From contig JBAOHB010000014.1 in the NCBI GenBank assembly GCA_037046705.1, positions 3,754 to 67,753 on the forward strand: DNA of 64,000 nt, in the 5' to 3' direction. Position numbers and translations under genes: made by a program. Shown one piece after another: positions 18,309 to 27,536 of the stretch; the stretch's first letter is position 1; the number at the start of each line of letters is the position of its first letter. This stretch comes from Albidovulum sp. (GTDB lineage Bacteria > Pseudomonadota > Alphaproteobacteria > Rhodobacterales > Rhodobacteraceae). Under the pieces are notes generated by a model. It ran no database searches, was not told where the DNA came from, and worked only from the letters and a program-made list of their open reading frames with translations.

Positions 18309-19321
18309 CAGGTCCGCCTGGCCTGTCGCAGCACCTGCGGGCGGGTGCAGATCGGGAGCGGGTTGCTCTCGATCTCGAGCCGCACCCACTCGTCGCGATC
18401 CCGGTCGGGGATCGTGCGGGCGTAGAGCGGCTGGCCGAGCGTGTTGACCGTCTCGAAGGTGTCGGCGGGGGCGTAGTAGATCTCGAAGAGCCCCTCGATG
18501 CCCTCGGGATAGATGAACGCCTTGTCGGTCGGGACCGTGAACCCGACGCCGCCCCGGTAGCGGCGGAAGGTGATCCCGCCGAAGCTGACCTCGTCGGCCA
18601 CGCGGCCCCGCAGATCGGCCGCCGCGGCGGTGTTGAGATAGGTCTCCCGCACCTCCTTGTGGGCCACGAGATCGGCGAAGAAGGCCGAGCCGCATTCCGC
18701 GCGGATCTGCACGGCCCCGGCCGAGAGCCCGCCCATCGAGTCCTCGACGCTCTCGATGAGCGCCTGGCAGCGCTTTCGCAGTGCTCCCGAGGCGGGGCTC
18801 GCATTGTCGAGGTCGAAGTCGATCTCGGCCGCCGGCGTGATGCCGAACTCGGTGAAGTAGTTCACGACCGTGGCGTGGTCTTTCGGATCCTTCACCAGCC
18901 CCTGGATGCCGTTCAGCAGGTGGTACTCGAAGGTGGTCTCGGCGTCCTGGCGGAGCTTGCGCAGGCGGTAGGCCACCTCGGTCTGCACCTGCTGGGTAGC
19001 ACTCTCCGAGCCGAAGTCGCGGACGGACTGGATTTCGGAGGCCCAGAGCACGTCCTGCTTCTTGAACTGCCGGCAGACGAAGGCGCGCATCTCGCGCCGG
19101 TCGGGCACCTGCTGCTCGTAGGCCGAACCGCGCTCCGAGAACGGGATCAGCGACAGCGTGCCGTCGCGGCTCTCGATCACGACGGTGCGGGAGCGCACGC
19201 CGCGCGGGCTGAAGAGGTTCGAGCCCGAGAGCAGCGCGGGCTTGTAGGGGATGTTCTCGAGCGCACGGGTGAGCTCGACAATGGTGAAGGCATCGCCTTC
19301 GAAGATGTCCATGGTGGCCAT
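18308..19321 (-). CDS. Major capsid protein, lambda gpE-like family
   Basis: MATMDIFEGDAFTIVELTRALENIPYKPALLSGSNLFSPRGVRSRTVVIESRDGTLSLIP. GGAGG lies upstream of ATG 19319-19321. Confidence 0.85.
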   Translation of the reverse strand: MATMDIFEGDAFTIVELTRALENIPYKPALLSGSNLFSPRGVRSRTVVIESRDGTLSLIPFSERGSAYEQQVPDRREMRAFVCRQFKKQDVLWASEIQSVRDFGSESATQQVQTEVAYRLRKLRQDAETTFEYHLLNGIQGLVKDPKDHATVVNYFTEFGITPAAEIDFDLDNASPASGALRKRCQALIESVEDSMGGLSAGAVQIRAECGSAFFADLVAHKEVRETYLNTAAAADLRGRVADEVSFGGITFRRYRGGVGFTVPTDKAFIYPEGIEGLFEIYYAPADTFETVNTLGQPLYARTIPDRDRDEWVRLEIESNPLPICTRPQVLRQARRT

Positions 19322-19403
19322 GAGGATGCCTCCTGTCTGGAGCGCGCCCAGCAAAAGTGGATGCCGGTTTTGCGTCCGGGCGCGCGTGAATATGGGGATT
19401 GGG

Positions 19404-19769
19404 TCAGCGGACGAGGATGCCCGCGGCGAGGAGCGCCGTGTGTGCGGCCGCGATCTCGCCCTCGCTGGGGGTGCCCGCGAAGACGAGGTCGTGGCGGTTG
19501 ACGATGGCGGGGCCGCGGACGACGGCGACGGCCGGTGCGTCGCCACCGGACGCATCCGCCTTGCCCCAGAGCACCGTCACGGCGGTCTCGGTGCCGTCGA
19601 CGGCGGCCGGGTCGTGGGCGGCGTACTTGCCCGAGGCGGTGATCTTGCCCAGCACCGTTCCGGGCTCGAGCGTGCCCGCGGCGACAGTGATCGTCTCGCG
19701 GGTGTAGTCGCGGAAGGCTTCCCAGACGAGGAAGCCGCCGGGGTGTTTGCCTTCGACCAGCGTGGTCAT
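19404..19769 (-). CDS. Head decoration protein (lambda gpD-like)
   Basis: 121-aa ORF between the protease and capsid genes. Contains GKHPGGFLVWEA and GTVLGKITASGKY. Confidence 0.75.
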   Translation of the reverse strand: MTTLVEGKHPGGFLVWEAFRDYTRETITVAAGTLEPGTVLGKITASGKYAAHDPAAVDGTETAVTVLWGKADASGGDAPAVAVVRGPAIVNRHDLVFAGTPSEGEIAAAHTALLAAGILVR

Positions 19770-19773
19770 GGTG

Positions 19774-20799
19774 TCATCCTTTCAGCTTGAAGGTGCGGGC
19801 GACGATCTCGCCCCAGGGGCGCGCGGCCGAGGACCGGCCGGGCTGCGAGTGATGTGGCGCGATCTCGGGCTCGGCCTCGGCCTTGGCAGCAAGGAGCGCA
19901 GCGCGCACCTCGTCGAGGCTCGCGTCCTCTTCGAGGAAGCGGCCGGCCATCTGCGGATGGCCCGCGAGGCGGCAGAGATCGACCACGGCGCGGGCATGCC
20001 CGATGGCCTGCGCGCGGATCGCGGCGGGATCGGGCGGCGCGCCGCTCGGCGGCGGGGTTTCGGCGGGCGGCTGCGGGGCATTGGAGGCGGCCGCCGGCTC
20101 GTCCTCGGCGTCCGCGACCTTGTCACCTTCGGTGGCGTCGTCGGTATCCTCGTTCGCTTCGACCTCGGCGCCATCGGCCGCGTCGTCTGTCTCCGGCTCA
20201 ACCTCGACCGCTTCGACCAGCACCGGCGGCGCGTTGCAGAAGCGGCCGATGTCGAAGCGCGCGGCGATCCGGACGGGCTCGATCAGCCGGTCGGCAAAGC
20301 CCTGCGCCACAGCGTCGGCGGCGTCGAACCAGGTCTCGGACGCCATGAGCGCGGATACCTCGCCGGGCGTCCGGCCGGATTTCGCGGCATAGCCCGCGAC
20401 GAGGCTGCCCTTCACCTTGTCGAGCGCCTCGGCCATGGCGCGCATGTCCTCGGCCGTGCCCATCACGAGACCGGCGGGGTCGTGGATCATCAGGAAGGCG
20501 TTCTCGGGCATGACGATCTCGTCGCCCGCCATGGCAATGTAGGAGGCAGCCGAGGCGGCGATGCCGTCGATCCAGACCGTGACCGGGCCCTCGTGGCGCT
20601 TCAGCGCGTTGTGGATCGCCACCGCATCGAAGACCGATCCGCCGGGGCTGTTCAGCCGCAGATCGACGGGCGTGCCGTCGGGCAGCGCGCCGAGTTCGGC
20701 GAGAAAGCCCTTCGCGGAGACCCCGTAGGCGCCGATCTCGTCATAGATCGCCACTTCCGCGCCGGTCCCCCGGGCGCGGATCGCATACCAGCTTGCCAT
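19774..20799 (-). CDS. ClpP/S49-type head maturation protease with C-terminal scaffold-like region
   Basis: MASWYAIRARGTGAEVAIYDEIG, LNSPGGSVFDAVAIHNAL and AASAASYIAMAGD, followed by an acidic/Pro-rich tail. Confidence 0.85.
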   Translation of the reverse strand: MASWYAIRARGTGAEVAIYDEIGAYGVSAKGFLAELGALPDGTPVDLRLNSPGGSVFDAVAIHNALKRHEGPVTVWIDGIAASAASYIAMAGDEIVMPENAFLMIHDPAGLVMGTAEDMRAMAEALDKVKGSLVAGYAAKSGRTPGEVSALMASETWFDAADAVAQGFADRLIEPVRIAARFDIGRFCNAPPVLVEAVEVEPETDDAADGAEVEANEDTDDATEGDKVADAEDEPAAASNAPQPPAETPPPSGAPPDPAAIRAQAIGHARAVVDLCRLAGHPQMAGRFLEEDASLDEVRAALLAAKAEAEPEIAPHHSQPGRSSAARPWGEIVARTFKLKG

Positions 20800-20803
20800 G
20801 TCG

Positions 20804-22381
20804 TCACTCCTGTTCGGTGGCCGGATCGGTCGCCGCGGCGCCGTCGTCCGTATCGTTGCCGGCGCCATTGCCGGGCTCGGCCCGGGTCGCCGGTGTCGCG
20901 CGGGCGCCCTGCGTCTCGCCGGGGCTGGTGCGGTAGCGCAGGCCGAGCCCAGTCGCGCGCGCGGCGTCGGCCGCGTTCTCGCGGTCCACTTCCTCGATGT
21001 CGTAGCCGGTGGCCTCGACCACCTTGCGCCGCGAGGTGATACCGGCCTCCATCGCCAGCACCTGCGCCTGGATGTCCTTCAGCGGATCGACCCAGTCCCA
21101 GCGCGGCGGGATCCACTGCACCGGCCGCACTTCTGCCGGATCGGCGTCGAGCGCGCCCGAGAGCACCGCCGTCTCCAGCCATCGCCGCCAGACCGCGCGG
21201 CAGAGCTGGTGCACGATCACGCCATGCTGCAGCTGGCCGATGCGGCGGCGGAACTCGACAAGCTCGGCCCTGAGGCTCGAGTAGTTCGCCTGCCGGACAT
21301 CGCCGGTGACGAGGTGATAGGGCAGCCCCAGCGAGGCGGCGACCGAGAGCAGCGTCCGGTACTGGAACGCCTCGTAGCCGCCGCCGACATCCGCCGGCGA
21401 CGAGAACTTCACGTCCTCGCCGGGCAGCAGCACCTGCATCGTGCCGGGCTCGAGGCTTGCGATGGCCGCGCCATCCAGATCCGCCTCCGCCTCGCCCAGC
21501 ATCGGCTCCTCCGGCGCGGTCTTGGTGATGAAGCCGGCGAACATCGCCGCGGTCTTCTTCCGGTCCAGCTCGGCGTCGTCATACTGATCGAGCAGGAACA
21601 GCCGCACCATGGCCGGCGCGATATGCGGCAGCCCCCGGATCTGGCCCGCGTCGATGGGGCGATAGATGTGCAGCACGTCCGTCGCGGGCACGCGCACGGT
21701 CTCCGGGATCGCCATGCCCATGACCGGGCCGCCCTGATCGGTGCTGTCGCCCGGATGGCGCCGGCGGAAGTGATAGGCCACGCGCCGGCCGATCGCGTCG
21801 AACTCAATCCCGCAGCGGATGCGGTTGCCGTTGGCCGCCGTCTCCGTCTTCTCGAAGGGCAGCATCTCGGACTGGAGAAGCTGCAGCTGCAGCGGCACCA
21901 GCAACCCGTCCTCGGCCCGGCGCGGGCGCAGCCGGACGAAGCACTCGCCGGCGACGAACATCTCCCGCGCCACCATGGCCTGCAGGCCGTAGAAGTCGGT
22001 CAGACCGTCGGCGTCGGCCTCGTCGGTCCAGGCGAGCCAGAGCTGCTGCACCCGGTCGCGGAGATCCGCGTCTCCGATGAGCGACGAGGGCTTGATCCCG
22101 TCGCCGACAAGGTTCGCCGCGAAGGCCTCGCAGGCGTTGGCGGCATAGCCGTTGGTCACCACCAGCTCACGCGAGCGCGCCAGCAGCCGTGGGCCACCGG
22201 AGGCGACCAGCGCATTGATGTTTTCGAGCGGCGGGTTCCAGCCGCGCAGCCGGCGCTTCGCCATGGCGCCTTCGAGACGGGCGCGCAGTCCGGAGGGACC
22301 GTGGCTCCGGGGGAGCCGCGTAAGCCCGGAGGACGCGGGGCCGCTGGGACCGCGGCGGCGGAAGCGGTCGAAGAGGCCCAT
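20804..22381 (-). CDS. Portal protein, lambda family
   Basis: 525-aa ORF in the position between gpW and the protease. Contains NGYAANACEAFAANLVGDGIKP. Confidence 0.85.
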   Translation of the reverse strand: MGLFDRFRRRGPSGPASSGLTRLPRSHGPSGLRARLEGAMAKRRLRGWNPPLENINALVASGGPRLLARSRELVVTNGYAANACEAFAANLVGDGIKPSSLIGDADLRDRVQQLWLAWTDEADADGLTDFYGLQAMVAREMFVAGECFVRLRPRRAEDGLLVPLQLQLLQSEMLPFEKTETAANGNRIRCGIEFDAIGRRVAYHFRRRHPGDSTDQGGPVMGMAIPETVRVPATDVLHIYRPIDAGQIRGLPHIAPAMVRLFLLDQYDDAELDRKKTAAMFAGFITKTAPEEPMLGEAEADLDGAAIASLEPGTMQVLLPGEDVKFSSPADVGGGYEAFQYRTLLSVAASLGLPYHLVTGDVRQANYSSLRAELVEFRRRIGQLQHGVIVHQLCRAVWRRWLETAVLSGALDADPAEVRPVQWIPPRWDWVDPLKDIQAQVLAMEAGITSRRKVVEATGYDIEEVDRENAADAARATGLGLRYRTSPGETQGARATPATRAEPGNGAGNDTDDGAAATDPATEQE

Positions 22382-22384
22382 CGA

Positions 22385-22609
22385 TCAGAGCCCCTTCACC
22401 GTCGTCACGCGGACCTGCCGGACGATCCGACGCCCCTCGGCCGCGGGGATCTCGCGATCCAGCGCCTCGACGGCCCGGTCGATCTCGGCGACGCTGCGGT
22501 AGTCCACGGTCTTGCCGTCATAGCTGACCCGCGCCACGCCCGAGGACCGCTGCGCGGTCAGCGCGTCGCGGCGGGCGCGGAGACTCTGCGGCCGTGGCCA
22601 TTGGGTCAC
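22385..22609 (-). CDS. gpW-like head-tail joining protein
   Basis: 74-aa ORF between terL and the portal gene. Contains RDALTAQRSSGVARVSYDGKTVDYRSVAEIDRAVEALDREI. Confidence 0.75.
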   Translation of the reverse strand: MTQWPRPQSLRARRDALTAQRSSGVARVSYDGKTVDYRSVAEIDRAVEALDREIPAAEGRRIVRQVRVTTVKGL

Positions 22610-24601
22610 CTCATGTAGCTCGAGCGCACCGTGCGTCGGCGCGGCGTCGTTCGGGTTGGGGCGGATGGCGCCGTCGCTGGACCGGGCTCAGACCCGTCCT
22701 GCTTCGCCACCCCGAGCTGCGCTTCCAGATCGGCCCACCGCGCCTCGGGCCAGCGATCCGCCCCGAGGATCCACGCGGCCGCGCGGGCATAGACGCGCGT
22801 ATCCAGCGCCTCGTTGCGTTCGCGCATCTTCTGCCATTCGAGCCGCGCGAAGCCACGCCTGGTCCGGACCGTCACCAGCTGCTCGGCGGTCAGCTGCTTC
22901 AGCCATTCACCGTCCGCCCAGTCTGGCAGGTGGATCGTCCCGGGCGGGCACAGTGCGCCCACCGCCTGTTCCTCCCGCGTCGGCCGGTCCTGCCGCAGGA
23001 AGCGATAGGTCTCGGCCTTGAAGGTCGAGGTGGCCACGGTCCAGAGCCGGGCGCCGCGCCGCAGCCGCTTGCCCGCGACGGTGGCGTCGACATAGGTCGG
23101 CCCGGTCACCGGGCTCGTCCGCGTGAACCCCTCGACGCCCTTCACCGGCGCGACTTGCGCGAACCCCACCTGGCGCGACCAGGCATAGACCGCGCTGGTC
23201 TCGTAGCCCGTGTCGATCGCGAGCCGGGCCATCGCCATCGGCTGACCCGAGGCATGCGTCCATGTCCGCCCGAGCAGCTCCGTCAGTTGCTGCCAGCAGG
23301 CCGGATCGCCGGGGCCGCCCTCGAGTACGAGGTGGTCGACGAGCCAGCTTTCCAGACCACGGCCCCAGGCCCAGACGTCTACCTCGATCCGGTCCTTCTG
23401 GACGTCGGCGCCCGCGGTCAGGAAGAGCCCGCGCTCGGGCACCGTTCCCGCCGGCCATGCCTCGCGCCGGTCCGCCAGCCGTTGCCAGTCGGGCAACTCG
23501 CCGGTTTCCATCCAGGTCTCGCCAAGTATGGTGTTCCGGAACGCCCGCATCGCCTCGTCGCTGCCCCGTGCCGCCTCATGCGCCCGCGCGATCCGCTGCC
23601 AGTCTGAGCCACCCCACTGGCGAGTAGAGCGCCGAGAGGTGGTAGCCGACCGTCGCCGGATCGGTGGTCGTTGCCGTTGCGCGCCATTCGCCGCGCTCGA
23701 GCATCCGCGTCTTGTGGTGCTCCGCGATGGGCCGCTCGCAGCCCTCGCAGTGATATTCCGCCGTCTCGGGGCGGCCTTTCTGCCAGCGCAGTCGGTCGAA
23801 CTTCAGCCACTGCATTGCGCCGCAATGCGGGCACGGCACGAAGAACCGCCGCTGGTCGCTGGCCTCGTACTCGCGCTCGATGCGCGACAGCCCCCGGATG
23901 GTGGGCGTCGAGACCAGCAGCACCTTGCGCCGGTGGGCGAAGGTCAGCGAGCGCGCCTCGGCCAGCGTGACCGGGTCGCCTTCCTCGTCGGCCGAGGCTG
24001 GATAAGCATCGACCTCGTCGAGGAAGATGTAGCGCGCCGGGGTCGATCGAAGCCCCACCGCCGAGTTCGCCCCGGTCATGATCAGGATGCCGCCCGCGAA
24101 CTCCTTCGACAGCATCGTGTTGCCCGCATCGCGGGATCGCGCCGGCTTCACCCTCTCCCGCAGATCGGGGCTCTCGTCGATCAGCGGGTCGATCCGCTGG
24201 CGCGAGTTGCGTTTCGCCAGCTCCACCGTCGGCTGGACCGCGAGCATCGGCCCCGGCGCCTGATGGATGATGAAGCCGATCCAGTTATTGCCGGCCTCGG
24301 TCGCACCGACCTGCGCGGCCTTCATGAACACGATCCGCTGCGTGGGATCGCCGGGCGAGAGCCGGTCCATGATCTCGCGCATGTAGGGCGTGCGCGCGGT
24401 CCGGTACTGCCCGGGTTCGGCCGACGCGCGCGAGGCGAGTTTCCGGTGGCGGTCGGCCCAACTCGAGACGGTCAGGTCCGGGTCGGGGCGCAGGCCCCGC
24501 GACCAGGCGCGGAGCAGCGCGGCGGCGCCGTCGAACCCGACGAGATCGTCAGGCAAGCCCGGGTCGGATCTCCGCGAGGCTGTCGAGCTGGGCGCGGACA
24601 T
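22606..24601 (-). CDS. Terminase large subunit (lambda gpA-like), frame break near 23590
   Basis: N-terminal ORF 23576..24601 and C-terminal ORF 22606..23550. The junction reads SPVGWL/(S)DWQRIARAHEAARGSDEAMRAFRNTILGETW if one base is removed. Confidence 0.8.
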
Positions 24602-25133
24602 GGGCCTCCAGAACCTTCTGCATCAGCGCCGCCTCCACCTCGCACGCGTCCCCAAGCGCCGCGGTGAGTTCCGAGGCCATCAGCGCAGCAACCCGCGCCG
24701 GCCAGGTCACCCAAGCGTCGCGCTCGTCGCGCGCGAGCCGGAACATCAGCGTCTCCGCCCGGGCGCGGTCGACCAGCTCCCCCTTCAGCTTCTGGAGCCG
24801 GATGCGACGCTCCTGCGCCTTTAGCACCTCGTTCGCGGTCTTGGCCTGCAGGAACGTAGTGCCGCCGCCGACGGCTGGCGCAGAAAGCCCCTGTTCCCGC
24901 AGCACGTCGCTCACGGCGGCGACAGCGGCTTCCGGGACGGGCTTCAGCTTCGGCGCCGGCGCTTTCCTGGTCTTCGATGGGTCCGTCGTCTCGGCCCGCC
25001 GCTTGTCGGATGCGACAGCGTCGATGCTGCCATCCTCGTGCAGGACGAGCCGCCGCGCCGTCTTCGCCTTCTGGATCGCGCCGCGTGACAGCCCGACATG
25101 GGCGGCGTACTGGCGCTCGCTCATGCCCTGCAT
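24549..25133 (-). CDS. Putative terminase small subunit (HTH)
   Basis: MQGMSERQYAAHVGLSRGAIQKAKTARRL. It lies immediately upstream of and overlapping terL. Assignment rests on position plus the HTH. Confidence 0.5.
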   Translation of the reverse strand: MQGMSERQYAAHVGLSRGAIQKAKTARRLVLHEDGSIDAVASDKRRAETTDPSKTRKAPAPKLKPVPEAAVAAVSDVLREQGLSAPAVGGGTTFLQAKTANEVLKAQERRIRLQKLKGELVDRARAETLMFRLARDERDAWVTWPARVAALMASELTAALGDACEVEAALMQKVLEAHVRAQLDSLAEIRPGLA

Positions 25134-25245
25134 CGACAGCCTCCGATTATCATTCAAGATCATGTGGTTATCGAGTTGATAAGCCTCCGAGACAGAGCGA
25201 ACGTCCATCCCACAAGGACGATGCAACTCACCCGGAGCCACCACG

Positions 25246-25518
25246 ATGACCACGCGCCTGAACCCGATCACCACCCCGCGCCACGAACTCCGCGCCGACA
25301 AGGCCCGGCACAACAAGGAAGCTGCGCTCGCCGCCTTCATCGGAAAGAAGGCCGAGATCGACGAGATGCTCACGCGCCTGCAGGCGCTGAGTGAAGACCA
25401 CTTCAACGCCCACCCCGACGAAGTGAACTGGGGCCATGTCGGCACCCTCGAACACTACGCAAGCCTCCTGAAGCGCATCACCGACAGCGCCTTCGGCGAG
25501 GGCGAGCACGCCCGCTGA
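25246..25518 (+). CDS. Hypothetical protein (90 aa)
   Basis: Plus-strand ORF with plausible composition. No motif recognised. Confidence 0.5.
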   Translation: MTTRLNPITTPRHELRADKARHNKEAALAAFIGKKAEIDEMLTRLQALSEDHFNAHPDEVNWGHVGTLEHYASLLKRITDSAFGEGEHAR

Positions 25519-25613
25519 CCTCCGGCACTGCCGGAACTCCTGCCGCGCCCCCTGCGCGGCTCGGGGTCGTAGGAGGGTCGCGACGGTCGCGGCCCCGAAA
25601 CCGGAGACCCCAG

Positions 25614-26198
25614 ATGACCAAGCTTTCCGACACGCAAGCCGTGATCCTCAGCGCCGCCGCGCAGCGTGAGGACCGCAACGTCCTGCCGCTCCCCGGCTCC
25701 CTTCGCGGCGGCGCGGCTGCCAAGGTGGTCGGCGCGCTCCTTACCCGCGGGCTGATCGCCGAAACCACGACCGACAGCCAGACCAAGGCCGACGCCGCGC
25801 TCAACCGCATCTGGCGCAACGACGAGGACGGGCGGGCCATCCTCCTGCACATCACCGACGCAGGCCTCGCCGCCATCGGCATCGAGCCGGAGGACGGCGA
25901 CAGCGCGCCCACGGGCGCCGACGCGGCGCCGAGCGCAAAGCCCCCGCAGGACGCTCCCACAGAGGCCGTCCCCGCGCCTAAGGCGCACACGCCGCGCACG
26001 GGCACGAAGCAGGCCAAGCTGATAGAGATGCTCCGCGCCGAGGGCGGAGCGACCATCAACGAGATCGTCGCCGCCACGGGCTGGCAGCCGCACACGGTCC
26101 GCGGGGCATTCGCCGGCGCGCTGAAGAAGAAGCTCGGGCTCGAAGTGACCTCCGAAAAGGTTGAGGGCCGCGGGCGGGTCTACCGCTTGGAGGCCTGA
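25614..26198 (+). CDS. DUF3489 domain protein
   Basis: C-terminal TKQAKLIEMLRAEGGATINEIVAATGWQPHTVRGAFAGALKKKLGL. Confidence 0.7.
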   Translation: MTKLSDTQAVILSAAAQREDRNVLPLPGSLRGGAAAKVVGALLTRGLIAETTTDSQTKADAALNRIWRNDEDGRAILLHITDAGLAAIGIEPEDGDSAPTGADAAPSAKPPQDAPTEAVPAPKAHTPRTGTKQAKLIEMLRAEGGATINEIVAATGWQPHTVRGAFAGALKKKLGLEVTSEKVEGRGRVYRLEA

Positions 26199-26500
26199 TC
26201 TCGTCTGATCGCAGGACCGAAATCGCGCCGATAAGGCAGTCGACGACGAACATGGCCGCCGCTCGCATCGAGCGGCGGTCTTGTCGTTCTGACCCGGATC
26301 GCCTCAAAGAGCCGCCGCAAGGCGAAGGACCGCGCGATGCTCACCACCGTGAACACCGCCCCCATCTTGAGGTTCTGCGCCAGCGTCGTGTGCAGCCCGA
26401 AGACCGGGAAGAGCAGGATCTGCGTCACGACCGCGACGCCATAGCCCACCGCCACGTTGGCGACGGCCTCGACCAGCGACATGGCCCGGCTCTGCTTCAT
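26180..26500 (-). CDS. Small membrane protein; 3' end uncertain
   Basis: MKQSRAMSLVEAVANVAVGYGVAVVTQILLFPVFGLHTTLAQNLKMGAVFTVVSIARSFALRRLFE. The tail after residue ~80 looks non-protein-like. Confidence 0.5.
   Translation of the reverse strand: MKQSRAMSLVEAVANVAVGYGVAVVTQILLFPVFGLHTTLAQNLKMGAVFTVVSIARSFALRRLFEAIRVRTTRPPLDASGGHVRRRLPYRRDFGPAIRRDQASKR
26256..26290 (+). terminator. Possible intrinsic terminator hairpin
   Basis: Perfect 10-bp stem ccgccgctcg/cgagcggcgg (26256-26265 / 26269-26278) with a 3-nt loop, followed by the T-rich tcttgtcgttct. It lies 58 nt after the DUF3489 stop. Confidence 0.35.
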
Positions 26501-26509
26501 TGCGCCCCC

Positions 26510-27532
26510 TCATCCATCGGCCAGCAGTTCAGCTGCGAGAGTTCGGAGCGCATGCGCCGCGACCAGCGGGACCACTCCGTTGCCACAGAGCCGAAGCCGG
26601 TCCACCCGGTGGGCCAGCCCATCAGCGCCTCGACGAACAGCGGGTTCAAGGTTCGGCGCGGATCGGAGGTATCGCTCCCAGCCATCGGCGTCACCAGGAC
26701 CTGGCGGCCAAGCAGCCCGTTCACCGGCGTGTTCGCGAGGCTCGTCGCCCCGTCCTTGTGATCCCGCGCCGTCGGCGTCATCCACATTCGCGTCGCATCG
26801 CAGAGCGTCGTCCCGTCGTTGCGCGGGCGCGCCGTCTCGCTGCGATTGCTGGTCCGGTTCCGCGTCCCCTTGCTGTCGTCGGCCAGCGGCGTCGGCCAGA
26901 GGCGCATCATCTCCGTCCGGTTGCCTCCGCTCGAGCGCGTCCCCGAGCAGGCGCGCGGGGTCGGCCAGGTGGTCGCGCTCGCGGTGGGCGAGGATGAAGA
27001 GCCGTTCGCGCCGGTGGGGTGCGCCGACTTCCGCCGCCGTGAAGAGGCCCGCCGCAAGGCGGTAGCCCATGCCGACCAGCCCTCCGGCGACTTCGGGGAA
27101 GCCGAGGCGGAGATGATGGGCGACGTTCTCGAGGAAGACGAAGGGCGGCTCGACCTCTCCAATGATCCGAGCAACATGCGGCCAGAGGTGCCGCGGGTCG
27201 TCCGCACCCCGACGCTTTCCCGCGACGGAGAACGGCTGACACGGATAGCCCGCAGTGACGATGTCCACCGCGCCGCGCCACGGACGGCCGTCGAAGGTTG
27301 CAACGTCGTCCCAGACAGGCGCCCGATCCAGGGCCGTGTCTTCCATCCGCGCCACGAGGATGGCCGCGGCGTAGGCGTCCCGCTCGACATGACCCACAGT
27401 GCGATATCCGGGGAGTGCGAGGTGCAGCCCGAGGTCGAGCCCGCCGGCGCCGGAGCAGAGCGAGAGGCCGAACAGGCACACGTCGTCGGCTCCGGCAGGC
27501 AGGCCGGAGGAAGCTAGAGCCACGCCATCCAC
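26510..27532 (-). CDS. DNA cytosine-5 methyltransferase
   Basis: Motif I LCSGAGGLDLG, motif IV GYPCQPFS, ENV (FLENV), RRERLF, and C-terminal CGNGVVP. Confidence 0.85.
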   Translation of the reverse strand: MDGVALASSGLPAGADDVCLFGLSLCSGAGGLDLGLHLALPGYRTVGHVERDAYAAAILVARMEDTALDRAPVWDDVATFDGRPWRGAVDIVTAGYPCQPFSVAGKRRGADDPRHLWPHVARIIGEVEPPFVFLENVAHHLRLGFPEVAGGLVGMGYRLAAGLFTAAEVGAPHRRERLFILAHRERDHLADPARLLGDALERRQPDGDDAPLADAAGRRQQGDAEPDQQSQRDGAPAQRRDDALRCDANVDDADGAGSQGRGDEPREHAGERAAWPPGPGDADGWERYLRSAPNLEPAVRRGADGLAHRVDRLRLCGNGVVPLVAAHALRTLAAELLADG

Positions 27533-27536
27533 GTCG

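Noticed and set aside
23550-23600. Programmed frameshift in terL (and at the other frame breaks in the primase, hsdR, rhuM and Sak4-like genes)
   Set aside because: There is no slippery heptamer at these positions and no biological precedent. They look like simple 1-nt indels. Only the chaperone site at 14157-14163 fits a programmed event.
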